Origin: Nitrososphaerales archaeon
GTDB lineage: Archaea > Thermoproteota > Nitrososphaeria > Nitrososphaerales > UBA213
Direction of reading: 5' to 3'
Assembly (NCBI GenBank): GCA_965197925.1
Contig: CBDAOC010000018.1
Coordinates: 192,001 to 256,000 of the forward strand
Length of the DNA: 64,000 bases
Shown: in pieces, positions 54,501-64,000 of the stretch
How positions within the stretch are numbered: position 1 is the stretch's first letter
How the letters are laid out: every line of letters begins with the position of its first letter
Translations under genes and position numbers: made by a program
Notes under the pieces: generated by a model
The model's input: the letters and a program-made list of their open reading frames with translations, nothing else
Told to the model about the DNA's origin: nothing
Databases searched by the model: none

Positions 54501-55415
54501 TTGATTGATTTTGGAGATTTGGTGTTAGATTTCATTCTAAGTTTTCATCCATTGCTGACCGCCATAGATTTCGAGTCATTAACTGCAGATCCTATTTTTC
54601 TAGGTATGCTCATAGGTTTAGGCTTCGTGGTTGGTACGGCAGTTGGAGCATCAGGTATAGGGGGCGCCGCATTGCTACTTCCCTCGCTTTTATTCATTGG
54701 CTTACCACCTACGGCTGTTGTTGGAATTGACTTGGCATTTAACTTCTTCGCCAAATCCTTCGGCACTGCACTTCATTGGAAGAAGCATAACATTAGTTGG
54801 CGTGGCCTTTTCTATACTGCGATAGTGGCGGTTCCAGCAATGGTAGGAGCAAAATTTCTTTGGGACTACATTAAAGAAAGTTATGGTAGTGAATCACTAA
54901 ATCTTGTTATCCTAATTTTGATACCAACCATCTTATTTTCAATTGGAGTGTATATGGTATGGGCTCATGTAATTCCAAGGAAAGTTAAGGAAAACCTAGC
55001 GGGGGGAGAATTGGCAACATCTTTGAAGACGAAATTTTCCAAAGGTGACAAGTCTACCCTTATGGGTGTTGGTGGGGTAGTGAGTTTCATCATGCAAATT
55101 ACATCTGTTGGAGCGGGCACAATTCTGGTGCCAGTCCTGCTGAAGGTAATACGTTCCCCCAAGCATGTTGCAGGAACCTCCATACTTTTCGGAGTAATTT
55201 CAACCGCTATAGGAGCAACTCTGCACGGTGTATCTGGTAATGTTCTATGGCACTTAGTTGTAGTACTGCTGATCGGTGCAATTCCAGGGGTATTACTTGG
55301 TGTAAGAATAGCGTCAACCATCTCTCCACAAAAGCTAAAAATTATATTCACCGTCATAATATTTGCGGCCGCATCGCTGATATTGAGTAAGCTTTTTGAA
55401 CACTTAGCTACTTGA
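54501..55415 (+). CDS. TauE/SafE sulfite-exporter-family membrane protein; stop codon formed at the IS junction
   Basis: GASGIGGAALLLP, SVGAGTILVP, VAGTS; the TGA spans the flank/IS boundary. Confidence 0.9.
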   Translation: MIDFGDLVLDFILSFHPLLTAIDFESLTADPIFLGMLIGLGFVVGTAVGASGIGGAALLLPSLLFIGLPPTAVVGIDLAFNFFAKSFGTALHWKKHNISWRGLFYTAIVAVPAMVGAKFLWDYIKESYGSESLNLVILILIPTILFSIGVYMVWAHVIPRKVKENLAGGELATSLKTKFSKGDKSTLMGVGGVVSFIMQITSVGAGTILVPVLLKVIRSPKHVAGTSILFGVISTAIGATLHGVSGNVLWHLVVVLLIGAIPGVLLGVRIASTISPQKLKIIFTVIIFAAASLILSKLFEHLAT

Positions 55416-56505
55416 GGCTTGGGCATAATTAAGCCGGTCGAAACGATAAGATCAGGTTCCATTTTTCATTGGTAATGTGTTTAGCTCAGACTCGATACTT
55501 CTTCGTATATTATTTTTGATTGACGTGATTCGGACAAAACCTAATAGGAAAAGAGGTAGACCATTCTACTATTCTCCTACAGTTATGGTGAGATGCTTCA
55601 TCGTTAGAGTATGGATAAGAATACCAAGCAACAATGTGTTACATCAATACTTTTCGATAGACATGCCATACAACAGGAAGGTAATGAAGGCATGTGGTCT
55701 TGATAGGTTGCCAGACAGAAGAACATTCGACAGAAGGTCAAGGCTATATCAATTGACATAAGATCAAGGATAGATGTTATGGGTATGCTCTTCATAAAAG
55801 ATGGGTTGGTAGACCCAGCCATAATATCCGTTGATAGTTCCTTGTTGAAGGCAAAAGGACACGTATGGCACAAATCAAACATGAAGAACGAAGTACCACG
55901 CTCCGGTATAGATACAGATGCTCGATGGGGATTCAGCAGAACCAAGGGATGGATATTCGGATACAAGATGCATCTAGCATGTAGTACTGGTTCGTTGATA
56001 GTTCCATTATCAGCTGATTTCACAACAGCTAACATTACTGACAACAGGATGTATGAAAGCATAACATCTTCATTGCCTTTAGGAATGGTGAGGTATGTTG
56101 TAGGAGATGAAGGATATGATGATCACAAGTTATGTGATTTCAGCAGGTATAGAGGGCATCCAGTATTCCCATTGGAAAGGTACAAGCATACTACAGATAA
56201 TAATAGACTGGCATTGCTGCAGTTCTATCAATCGGAATTTGGGCAGCATGTATATTCTCGGAGGAGCATAAGCGTTGAGCCATTGATAGAGCAGATAAAG
56301 GATGTATTTGATATAGACCCACTACCTGTTAGAGGATTTGATAAAGCTAGGAGCATCGTTCTGATTTCTATATTGCTATACCAGCTGATGGTATACTACA
56401 ACTACTTGACAGGAAGACCATTAAGGGCATTGAAGCACATGTTGGGAAGTTAATCAATCAGAGGCATCAAGTTATTTTTGTTATATGAAATTATGTCCAT
56501 GCCTC
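55414..56505 (+). mobile_element. type C DDE IS, full length, frameshifted
   Basis: TIRs; ORFs 55477-55761 and 55779-56453. Confidence 0.93.
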
Positions 56506-56614
56506 AACTATCTAACGTTCTAGTCGTTATCTGTGCCAACCTTGCTAAAGAAAGCCCTAAGGATAGACCAGAATCAAGAGCCATTTTTGATAGTAAGACG
56601 GGTAAATCTATCAA

Positions 56615-57102
56615 ATGGGATTCATCCCTATTGCTCATTGCTTCTTGTATGGTAATGTTGTTGATAAATATTTGCTTGATTTAATACAATACAATGGTAA
56701 ATTTAGCAGCAAGCAACTTGCGTTCATAAATAAATATGAGGTATGCCGCAACGCGACCGTTGGCAATGGTAAGCCACATGTAGTGCCAATGTGCTATATC
56801 TTGATAAACGATTTGTTTTACCTTGCTACAGATTATGGTATAAAAAAATACAAGAATTTGCTCAAGAATAGGAATGTTGCACTTGTTATGATGTTTATCA
56901 ACCAAATATGGCAGTTGCTGTTGAAGGTCAGGCAGAAATAGTTGAGAAAGGGAAAGAGTTCAAAGAAATTTATGATAACTTTTATGAAAAATTTGGCTGG
57001 GTCAGAGATTCACCATGGAGAGAGATTGGAGAATCAATTATCAAGGTGATTCCAGGGAGGAAGATCAGTTGGGGACTGACTAATTTGGCAGCTAGATTGT
57101 AG
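56615..57102 (+). pseudogene. pyridoxamine 5'-phosphate oxidase-like FMN-binding protein, frameshifted
   Basis: ATV..GKPHVVP...KYKNLLKNRNVALV continuing as AVAVEGQAEIVEKG...KISWG in another frame. Confidence 0.75.
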
Positions 57103-57523
57103 GAGAAATTAAGAAATTTTATTTCCTATATCACTAAATCCTCTGGTGTCAATGAAAACAAATATGGGCCTGTCTGCATATCCATTCACAACTTACTTCA
57201 GTACATCTATAAACCAGAGTTGTTGAACAATTTCAATTTCGTAATACATTGTTCTCCGATTACAAGCGTCTAGAGACAGTTATAGATGATTTGTTGGAAC
57301 ATAATATAATACAATATTCTTTGATGTATGGATATCAAAAGACGTCTTCTAAACTAAATATTGTTTGCAATGGAAAAGATTGTAATCGAAAAAGAATGTT
57401 ATTCTAATGGGAAGGAACCCTGCTAAGTTATAGCATAGCATCACATTCATGAATTTAGAAAACATTTAAAATCTAACAGCATTGAAATAATTACTAGAAC
57501 GAATTATCACATTATAAAGCAGA

Positions 57524-57919
57524 TCACTTTCTTATGATAACTTTTGTACTATTATCAATCTTTTCTGCCAAGTTCTCACCGCCAATAATTCTTCCAATCA
57601 CGTTTACTGGAGAATAAGCTTTTATTTTATTGCCACTACTTATCGGTGTTGGACCAAAGAACAAACACAAAGCCCTCCCCTGTGGCCAGTATGCAACATC
57701 CATCAAATCCACACCGGATTTTGCATTCTCCGTTCCTACATCGACTGGCATTGGCTCTGTATACAATTCTTCACCCCATCGGTTAATGATGACCTCAATA
57801 GGCAATTTTTCCAAAATTGCCTTTACGGTCCTTGATGCTTTCTCTTCGTATAATTCAATACTAACCTTATCTTTGAGGTCAGAAAATCTACAATAATATG
57901 TGTGTACATGTATCACCAC
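57524..57919 (-). CDS. cyclophilin-like fold protein (DUF369-like)
   Basis: NRWGEELY, DVAYWPQGRALCLFFGPTP, SPVNVIG. Confidence 0.88.
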   Translation of the reverse strand: MVIHVHTYYCRFSDLKDKVSIELYEEKASRTVKAILEKLPIEVIINRWGEELYTEPMPVDVGTENAKSGVDLMDVAYWPQGRALCLFFGPTPISSGNKIKAYSPVNVIGRIIGGENLAEKIDNSTKVIIRK

Positions 57920-58018
57920 CCCATTTAGTATAAGAGATTTGCGTTAATTATTCTAGGTTTACTTGAGCTTGTTTTCACCCAAAAGAAATAATATAATCAC
58001 ATTGGAAGAATAACATTT

Positions 58019-59479
58019 ATGGTATTGGACGTACCTCTAATTTTGGGACTGGCCGGTATTTTCATCCTTATTGGATATGTTAGCGATTACATCTTCAGGA
58101 GGTTCGGATTACCAGATATAATAATACTTCTTGCCATTGGGGTGATGTTAGGACCAATATTTGGGGTTATTGAAAGGGTAGATATTATTGATTTTGCACC
58201 CCTCCTATCTGCACTGGTTATAACGATTATTCTTTTCGATGGTGGTCTCAACATGAACTACGAGCGTGTGCTAAAGGGAAGTGGTAGGGCGATGATAATA
58301 GCTTCTACTGGTATAGTTCTGACTATGATTGTAACTATGTTGGTAACAGTTCCTACACTTGGTTGGGAACCTGAGATGGGTCTTCTGATGGGTGCAATTA
58401 TTGGAGGAACAAGCGCAGCCATAGTGATCCCACTTGCGAATAAAATACATTCTAATCAAAAAACATCAACACTGCTTACACTTGAATCTGCTTATACCGA
58501 TGTGATCGTGATAATGGTCGTATTAGCTGTAATCCAGATCATAACCATACAGACAAGCCCTGATGTTCTTGGTTTTGTAAGCAGAGGAATCGTTAACGGC
58601 TTTCTTATCGGTGCTGCTGTTGGCATTATAATAGGACTTGCATGGATGCGTGCGCTTATAGCTATGAAGACGGCCTATGAAGACATTCTTACCTTAGCGA
58701 TTGCATTTGTGCTATACGGTATAACTGAATTTCTGGGAGGAAGTGGTCCTGTTGCAGCACTTGCATTCGGTATAACTTTTGGAAATGCATCAAAGATTTT
58801 TCGATCTCTGAAGCACGAACTTCCTCATGTGATAGACTCAACTATTGAGGTATCTGCTAAGAAGTTCCATTCACAGATATCATTCATGGTGCGTGCAATC
58901 TTCTTTGTCTTCTTGGGACTTATAATCTCAGTTAGCACCACTATGATAATAGCGGGAATCATTATAGCATTAGCACTTTTCTTCGCAAGAATAGGCGCAT
59001 CATGGATCAGCACTTACAGGGATCAGGAGCTAAGGAAGGATATGTGGCTTATTAGCTTCATGTTGCCGAGGGGTCTTGCTGCTGCGGTAGCGGCGCAATT
59101 ACCATTGCTGTATAACATCGAAGGCGCATCGGTATTTACTGATATTGCCTTTGTGGTTATAGTTGTTACGGTAGCAATTACTGGAATAGGAGTGAATACA
59201 ACCAAGGCCTCGGTTTCACTATTACCTACACTGAAGAAAGTTACTGGTTCAATTGGAAGAACAGAGGTGTTCAAGAAATCAATGATATTAACAGCAATAG
59301 GATTTGCCATAACTATATCAGGCGTATTTGCATACAACGGTGTCACTGGCGGTGAATTATTTGGAAAATTTACTCCAGTAATTGAACAGAGCAGAGTATC
59401 GGATCTTACCGTTAAACCCGTAGGAACAGATAGAACATACTTATTCGACAGCATTTCAACTGAGAAGAATGCAATATGA
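58019..59479 (+). CDS. CPA1/NhaP-type cation:proton antiporter; frame continues past TGA into a PKD domain (to 59656)
   Basis: LFDGG, GGTSAAIV, LESAYTDV, PRGLAAAV. Confidence 0.9.
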   Translation: MVLDVPLILGLAGIFILIGYVSDYIFRRFGLPDIIILLAIGVMLGPIFGVIERVDIIDFAPLLSALVITIILFDGGLNMNYERVLKGSGRAMIIASTGIVLTMIVTMLVTVPTLGWEPEMGLLMGAIIGGTSAAIVIPLANKIHSNQKTSTLLTLESAYTDVIVIMVVLAVIQIITIQTSPDVLGFVSRGIVNGFLIGAAVGIIIGLAWMRALIAMKTAYEDILTLAIAFVLYGITEFLGGSGPVAALAFGITFGNASKIFRSLKHELPHVIDSTIEVSAKKFHSQISFMVRAIFFVFLGLIISVSTTMIIAGIIIALALFFARIGASWISTYRDQELRKDMWLISFMLPRGLAAAVAAQLPLLYNIEGASVFTDIAFVVIVVTVAITGIGVNTTKASVSLLPTLKKVTGSIGRTEVFKKSMILTAIGFAITISGVFAYNGVTGGELFGKFTPVIEQSRVSDLTVKPVGTDRTYLFDSISTEKNAI

Positions 59480-59678
59480 CAGTTCGGACCAAGTAATATT
59501 CTCTCACATAAATGGGAGTTCGGCGATGGTTCTAAAAGCAGTCAAGAGCAGGTAATACATCAATATACCGAATCGGGTGTTTACATAATCAAACTGACGC
59601 TAACTAGAGAAGATGGACGTGTATATTCAGAAAACATGGTAATCACAATCCGGTAATTGATCAGTAAAGCATATACTG

Positions 59679-60002
59679 TTGAATGAATGTTTATTTTTTG
59701 GATTGAAAGGATCTAAAAGAGATAACCTCTTGAAGAAACTTAAGGAGAAGGCTGATGTAGCGACAAAAACAGGTGCAGAAATCGGTAAGAAGGCTGTGGA
59801 AAAGGGACCAGAGTTTGGAAAGCAACTGAAAAGGCATGGCCTAAGATCGATCGAGAGAAGCATCGGGGCTGCAAGGAAAGCGGCAAATTCTGGAGAGAAG
59901 AATATAGAGATTCTTAAACAACTTGCAGTACTAAAAGAAGAAGGTATAATCACTGAAGAAGAGTTCATCAAGAAGAAGAAGGAGATTCTCGATAGAATTT
60001 GA
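59679..60002 (+). CDS. SHOCT domain protein
   Basis: LKQLAVLKEEGIITEEEFIKKKKEIL. Confidence 0.82.
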   Translation: MNECLFFGLKGSKRDNLLKKLKEKADVATKTGAEIGKKAVEKGPEFGKQLKRHGLRSIERSIGAARKAANSGEKNIEILKQLAVLKEEGIITEEEFIKKKKEILDRI

Positions 60003-60059
60003 AGTAAAAAGAGGAAAATCTTTTAGAGCTAGAAATTTCACTATACTACTCTAGATAAT

Positions 60060-60287
60060 TTGTCAATATTCGCTATATTCCTATTATATAGAATGTATCC
60101 CATGACCCAGTCATCGTTGGACTATTTCCGGAAATTGATAGATGAACACTTTGATAGAGAGAATATCATAATGAAAGAGATGCTAGAGGCGGATCTCTCG
60201 AAAGATGAATGGGTGCACCTCCAAAGTTTCATGAGAGCGCACTCTCACACCAAGTTTGTGACACAAATGAGAAGATACCAGAACTAG
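60060..60287 (+). CDS. small hypothetical protein
   Basis: Co-oriented ORF; start codon uncertain. Confidence 0.5.
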   Translation: MSIFAIFLLYRMYPMTQSSLDYFRKLIDEHFDRENIIMKEMLEADLSKDEWVHLQSFMRAHSHTKFVTQMRRYQN

Positions 60288-60296
60288 CAAGATCAA

Positions 60297-60593
60297 TTGA
60301 CCTCGAGTCAATATTTCGGGAAGGAAAGTTTAATAATTAACCGCAGTTATTTAAAACATATGGCAAAGGAAGTTTCTAAAAAAGAGACAGGTAAGATTAG
60401 AGGAGGAAAATTAAAGGGAATAGCTCTCTCAGAAAATAATACTTTTAGTGAAAGAATGAGAGCAATTGATCTTCTAGGAGAGCTTGGAGACGATGCATTT
60501 GATGAGCTTTCTGATATAGCATCAAAGGGGCTTACCTATAGTGAAAGAATGAATGCTCTCGACATGCTGGAAAAAATAATTAAAAGCGGTTAA
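60297..60593 (+). CDS. small HEAT-like repeat protein
   Basis: Internal repeat TFSERMRAIDLL / TYSERMNALDML; start probably at 60360. Confidence 0.7.
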   Translation: MTSSQYFGKESLIINRSYLKHMAKEVSKKETGKIRGGKLKGIALSENNTFSERMRAIDLLGELGDDAFDELSDIASKGLTYSERMNALDMLEKIIKSG

Positions 60594-60708
60594 GTTCAAT
60601 CTGTTCTTTGTTTATTACACGTATAATCAAAAATCGTGGATAAGTATGTTGGATGAATAAATAGACAATCCTTCTTTTCATGAAAAACCAAGAAAGGTTT
60701 AGTCGTGC

Positions 60709-60752
60709 ATATTTGATTATGTAATATTTGATTATGTAATATTTGATTATGT
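60709..60752. repeat. 15-bp tandem repeat ATATTTGATTATGTA x3
   Basis: Read directly from the sequence. Confidence 0.9.
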
Positions 60753-60816
60753 TAATCTGTAAAGATTATCCCTTCCTAAATTGAGAAGGAAAATGGGAAA
60801 TCTATAGAAATCATCT

Positions 60817-61959
60817 CTAAGAGGGAATCAAACCCCTCTTGTTTAAGCGCTCCAACACAAATAACTCAGTTGCAACATCTATAATAGGTCTAGTTATATC
60901 ACCAATCCTGTTCACTATATCACCAACTTTTCCAGACCATACAGTTGCGAATGATAACAAACAATCTGAATAAGCACTCAAAGCATCAGGGTGCATCATG
61001 GGCGGTTCCTTCACCCTTCCTTCTGAATACAACATTTTCCACCCATTATCTATGTACCAGTTTCGCAAGAATTGTTTGCTAAAATCTTGCAAGTGTCTAG
61101 GTTCTTTCCTTATCTCATCGATCAAAACAGATAATTTTGCATGGTCAAGACTCCATCTACGTTCGTAGAAGTCAATAAGTCTTGTTATCATATTTGGATC
61201 TTTTATTTCCACTATATACCTGTCTTCTTCAGGATTTCCAAAAGTGTCTGCTAGACCAACTTTACCGTCTGAATCTACAAACAATTCGTACTTCCCATCT
61301 GACCTTAGCAGTCCCTTCTCCTTTGCATGTTTCGAAATTAACGAGATGCATTTTTTTATAGTCTTCTGCCCTTGCTCCCACTGGTCATCAGTTAATCTTG
61401 ATCTGCTTTTTGCTTCTTCTTCAGTTAATTGTATATCACCACTCTTGTCGTATTTTGTCGTAAATGTTAACTTGAAGTTGCCATGTTCCACGTCGGGAAT
61501 AACCTTTCCACCTTCAGGCATTTCGGTAAACCCATAATCCCTGAAGTTCTCCTTACCATTTTTGAAATTACGCAAAAGGGATGATCTAGGATGTAAATAA
61601 TAGTGAAAAATAACTTCAAGATCTACAACTCTATTTCTTGTACCAACTTTGATCTCACTAGGGTCTTGTGGGAATCCACCCTCCCCAGGAACTCTTGCCA
61701 CATATATCTTGCATCCATATTCAGTTGTCTCGATGAAACAAGTGCGTATGCCACCTCCCCTCGCTACTTCAAAACTCTTGTTGATGATATATGTCATGGC
61801 CACACTCTTGTTCTTAATATCAAAAGGCCACTTGCCCCTTATCTTGTAATCAAATATCGAGAATGAGTCCTTGGGAATAAAGTAACCTATTCCCATCTCA
61901 TTATCCTTTGGCGATATTTCAATCACGATTTTTTTTGATGATCCCTCTCGTGTATACAT
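60817..61959 (-). CDS. purC: divergent SAICAR synthetase-like protein
   Basis: DSFSIFDY, LEVIF, FTTKYD, DGKYEL, LADTFGNPEEDRY, SKQFLRNWY. Confidence 0.75.
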   Translation of the reverse strand: MYTREGSSKKIVIEISPKDNEMGIGYFIPKDSFSIFDYKIRGKWPFDIKNKSVAMTYIINKSFEVARGGGIRTCFIETTEYGCKIYVARVPGEGGFPQDPSEIKVGTRNRVVDLEVIFHYYLHPRSSLLRNFKNGKENFRDYGFTEMPEGGKVIPDVEHGNFKLTFTTKYDKSGDIQLTEEEAKSRSRLTDDQWEQGQKTIKKCISLISKHAKEKGLLRSDGKYELFVDSDGKVGLADTFGNPEEDRYIVEIKDPNMITRLIDFYERRWSLDHAKLSVLIDEIRKEPRHLQDFSKQFLRNWYIDNGWKMLYSEGRVKEPPMMHPDALSAYSDCLLSFATVWSGKVGDIVNRIGDITRPIIDVATELFVLERLNKRGLIPS

Positions 61960-62116
61960 TTATGTCATTCTAAAAAACAACTATTCAAGTAATAAAAACA
62001 TTCTAGGGTTTTTATATCACGTTTCTCTAATAATTCCCAATTTAGGGTAATATTTAGCTCATTATTACTATGATTAGAAAACAAAGGGATTAAAATCACA
62101 AAGCAATAACCGTATT

Positions 62117-62505
62117 GTGAAAAAAGCACCATTACGTAGGGATATCTTTGAAATACTTGCCGATGAGGTCACAGTAAAACTGTTAAAATCAGCCTTAATA
62201 GGCTTCAGACCTAGGGGAAATATTGCGGGAAAGCTAAAGATAACGAAGAAACAGTATCAATTCGCCTTCATAAACTTGTTCAGGTTGGGCTTATCCACAA
62301 ACGTAATGGCGTCTATATTCTCACAGTTCTTGGAGAGGTAGTTGAAAAAATAATTCTGAAGGTTGCAGATGATGTTATTTCAAATTATTGGAAGCTTAAA
62401 GCAATAGACTCGTTTGAAAAGAAAGAGATACCAGGGACAGAGAAACGCAAAATAATTGATTCAATACTTTCAGATACTGTAATAAAAGAATACATAAGAC
62501 AATGA
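62117..62505 (+). pseudogene. wHTH transcriptional regulator, frameshifted near 62260
   Basis: KLKITKKQY then shifted SRLHKLVQVGLIHKRNGVYILTVLGEVV...YWKLKAIDS. Confidence 0.75.
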
Positions 62506-62807
62506 TGTGTTGAATAATTATCAAAAATCTTATCAAAGCAGAATATGACTTTTACACTTCTAGAGAACTAATGCCTGGCAGTAGATTAAAGTATTATGAG
62601 TTTCTTGTACGACCAATTGCCAATTTACAAAAATTCAGACATTCTCAATATTCAAATACAACTCTGGAGATTATATGATGGTAATAAGACAAAAATACAT
62701 CGCCAAGTAAGATACAACTATGGATGTGCAATATTCATTTCTAAATAACTCATAGTGAAATAGATGTTATGAGATAGTTAAGATTTATAATCAAAATACG
62801 CAAAGCC

Positions 62808-63113
62808 ATGCTGTTGCCAATACCTGGTCCAGAATTTGACTCGGTAGAAGATCCTGTCGACGTGATCAGGGATTTTTTGAAGAGAAATAATAAGGATGCT
62901 TGGCTGCCCGAAGAGATAAGCGAGCACACGGGCATAGATATGACTACTGTATATCACATATGTCAAATGATTCGCGCAAGGCATGTTCAATCTGCTGCTA
63001 AAGGAGAGTTCTTTCCAATACGATCAATAGAAAGGCTTGGCCAGATGTACTTCAAGTGGACTTCGCGAAGAAGAAAGTCAACAAGCAAGGAAAACCAAAA
63101 AAAAGATTTATAA
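62808..63113 (+). CDS. hypothetical HTH-like protein
   Basis: LPEEISEHTGIDMTTVYHIC. Confidence 0.55.
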   Translation: MLLPIPGPEFDSVEDPVDVIRDFLKRNNKDAWLPEEISEHTGIDMTTVYHICQMIRARHVQSAAKGEFFPIRSIERLGQMYFKWTSRRRKSTSKENQKKDL

Positions 63114-63593
63114 CTCTATAAATTCAGGCTGTTTGGTTTCTGTATCAAATATCACTACTGTAGCTTTACCTCTAAATCCATGCGTCGTTCCTGGATTGAG
63201 AACCAGCGTTTTACCAATTTTTCTATTAACTATTGTATGTGTATGGCCATAAATGAGAACGTCATATTTTCCACATTCTATCAACGCATCATTTAACTGT
63301 GATTCTGTTCCGTGATAAACTGCAATTTTTATTCCTTCCTGTTCAATCGTACAGAAATCCCCTCTAATATCCCCTCCTATCTGATCAAAGGCACTAATTA
63401 GCCCGAATTTATCCCCATCATTATTCCCAAATATTCCAACAAGTTTTAATCCCTCAAGGGCTTTAACTATTCCAGGGCTAACATAGTCGCCTGCGTGAAT
63501 AACAAAGTTTACCTGTTTATCTTTGAATAATAGAACAGCTTTCTTGATATTATCTAAATGATCATGGGAATCTGATATTATACCTATTTTCAC
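63108..63593 (-). CDS. metallophosphoesterase (YfcE/MJ0936 family)
   Basis: ISDSHD, HAGD, GNND, GHTH, LNPG. Confidence 0.93.
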   Translation of the reverse strand: MKIGIISDSHDHLDNIKKAVLLFKDKQVNFVIHAGDYVSPGIVKALEGLKLVGIFGNNDGDKFGLISAFDQIGGDIRGDFCTIEQEGIKIAVYHGTESQLNDALIECGKYDVLIYGHTHTIVNRKIGKTLVLNPGTTHGFRGKATVVIFDTETKQPEFIEL

Positions 63594-63716
63594 AATTTTT
63601 ATTTGGAAATCAAGCTAATAGATTTTTCTAAAGACCTAATTCATCTATTTGGTCTTATAATAGGATAACTCCTCTCATTCTCCTTTTGAAGGTGTTATAT
63701 CACCAATTATATAATT

Positions 63717-64000
63717 GAGGCTTGGGCGTAATTTAGTTCGAAACGATAAGATCAGGTTCCATTTTTCATTGGTAATGTGTTTAGCTCAGACTCGATACTT
63801 CTTCGCATATTATTTTTGATTGGTGTGATTCGGTCAAAACCTAATAGGAAAAGGGGTAGACCATTTTATTATTCTCCTACAGTTATGGTGAGATGCTTCA
63901 TCGTTAGAGTATGGATAAGAATACCAAGCAACAATGCTTTGCATGAATATTTTTCGATAGATATGCCATACAACAGGAAGGTAATGAAGGCATGTGGTCT
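63717..64000 (+). mobile_element. type C DDE IS, left end (runs off the window)
   Basis: Left TIR GAGGCTTGGGCGTAAT and transposase N-terminus. Confidence 0.92.

Noticed and set aside
43164..56505. Composite transposon carrying the ATPase operon
   Set aside because: The left IS has its own matched TSD, and the outer flanks (AATTACTT versus AACTATCT) differ
8..59479. Stop-codon recoding (Sec, Pyl or an alternative code) to explain in-frame stops
   Set aside because: The interrupting codons are a mix of TAG, TAA and TGA, all three also end intact genes, and no Sec/Pyl machinery is visible. Nonsense mutation is simpler.
60709..60752. 15-bp tandem repeat as a CRISPR array or origin
   Set aside because: No spacers, only three AT-rich units between convergent genes; likely a simple minisatellite

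Overview
Archaeal DNA, most likely Nitrososphaerota (Thaumarchaeota), judged from the style of the TBP, class I LysRS, Elp3, PurM and tRNA-Arg(GCG) and from several thaumarchaeal-type hypothetical proteins. A housekeeping core (about 5-9 kb and 21-30 kb) is interleaved with decaying accessory DNA. That DNA holds 11 IS copies or fragments from three DDE families and many genes broken by frameshifts or single in-frame stops. A complete Thermoplasmatales-type V/A-ATPase operon (K-E-C-F-A-B-D-H-I) lies at 44.3-52.8 kb. The most unusual part is the first 3 kb. A TBP gene is followed by three degenerate 30-bp CRISPR-type repeats: one orphan, then a repeat-36 nt spacer-repeat unit. A well-formed C/D-box-like sRNA sits between the first two repeats. 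Beside the array are the N-terminal stump of a casposase-like Cas1, a block of iterated short repeats and an orphan aEF-2-like 3' end (EFIDEE*), which resembles the known thaumarchaeal casposon target. Two more Cas1 fragments lie at 2-85 and 17.2-17.7 kb. All family assignments come from motif recognition by eye; no database searches were run.
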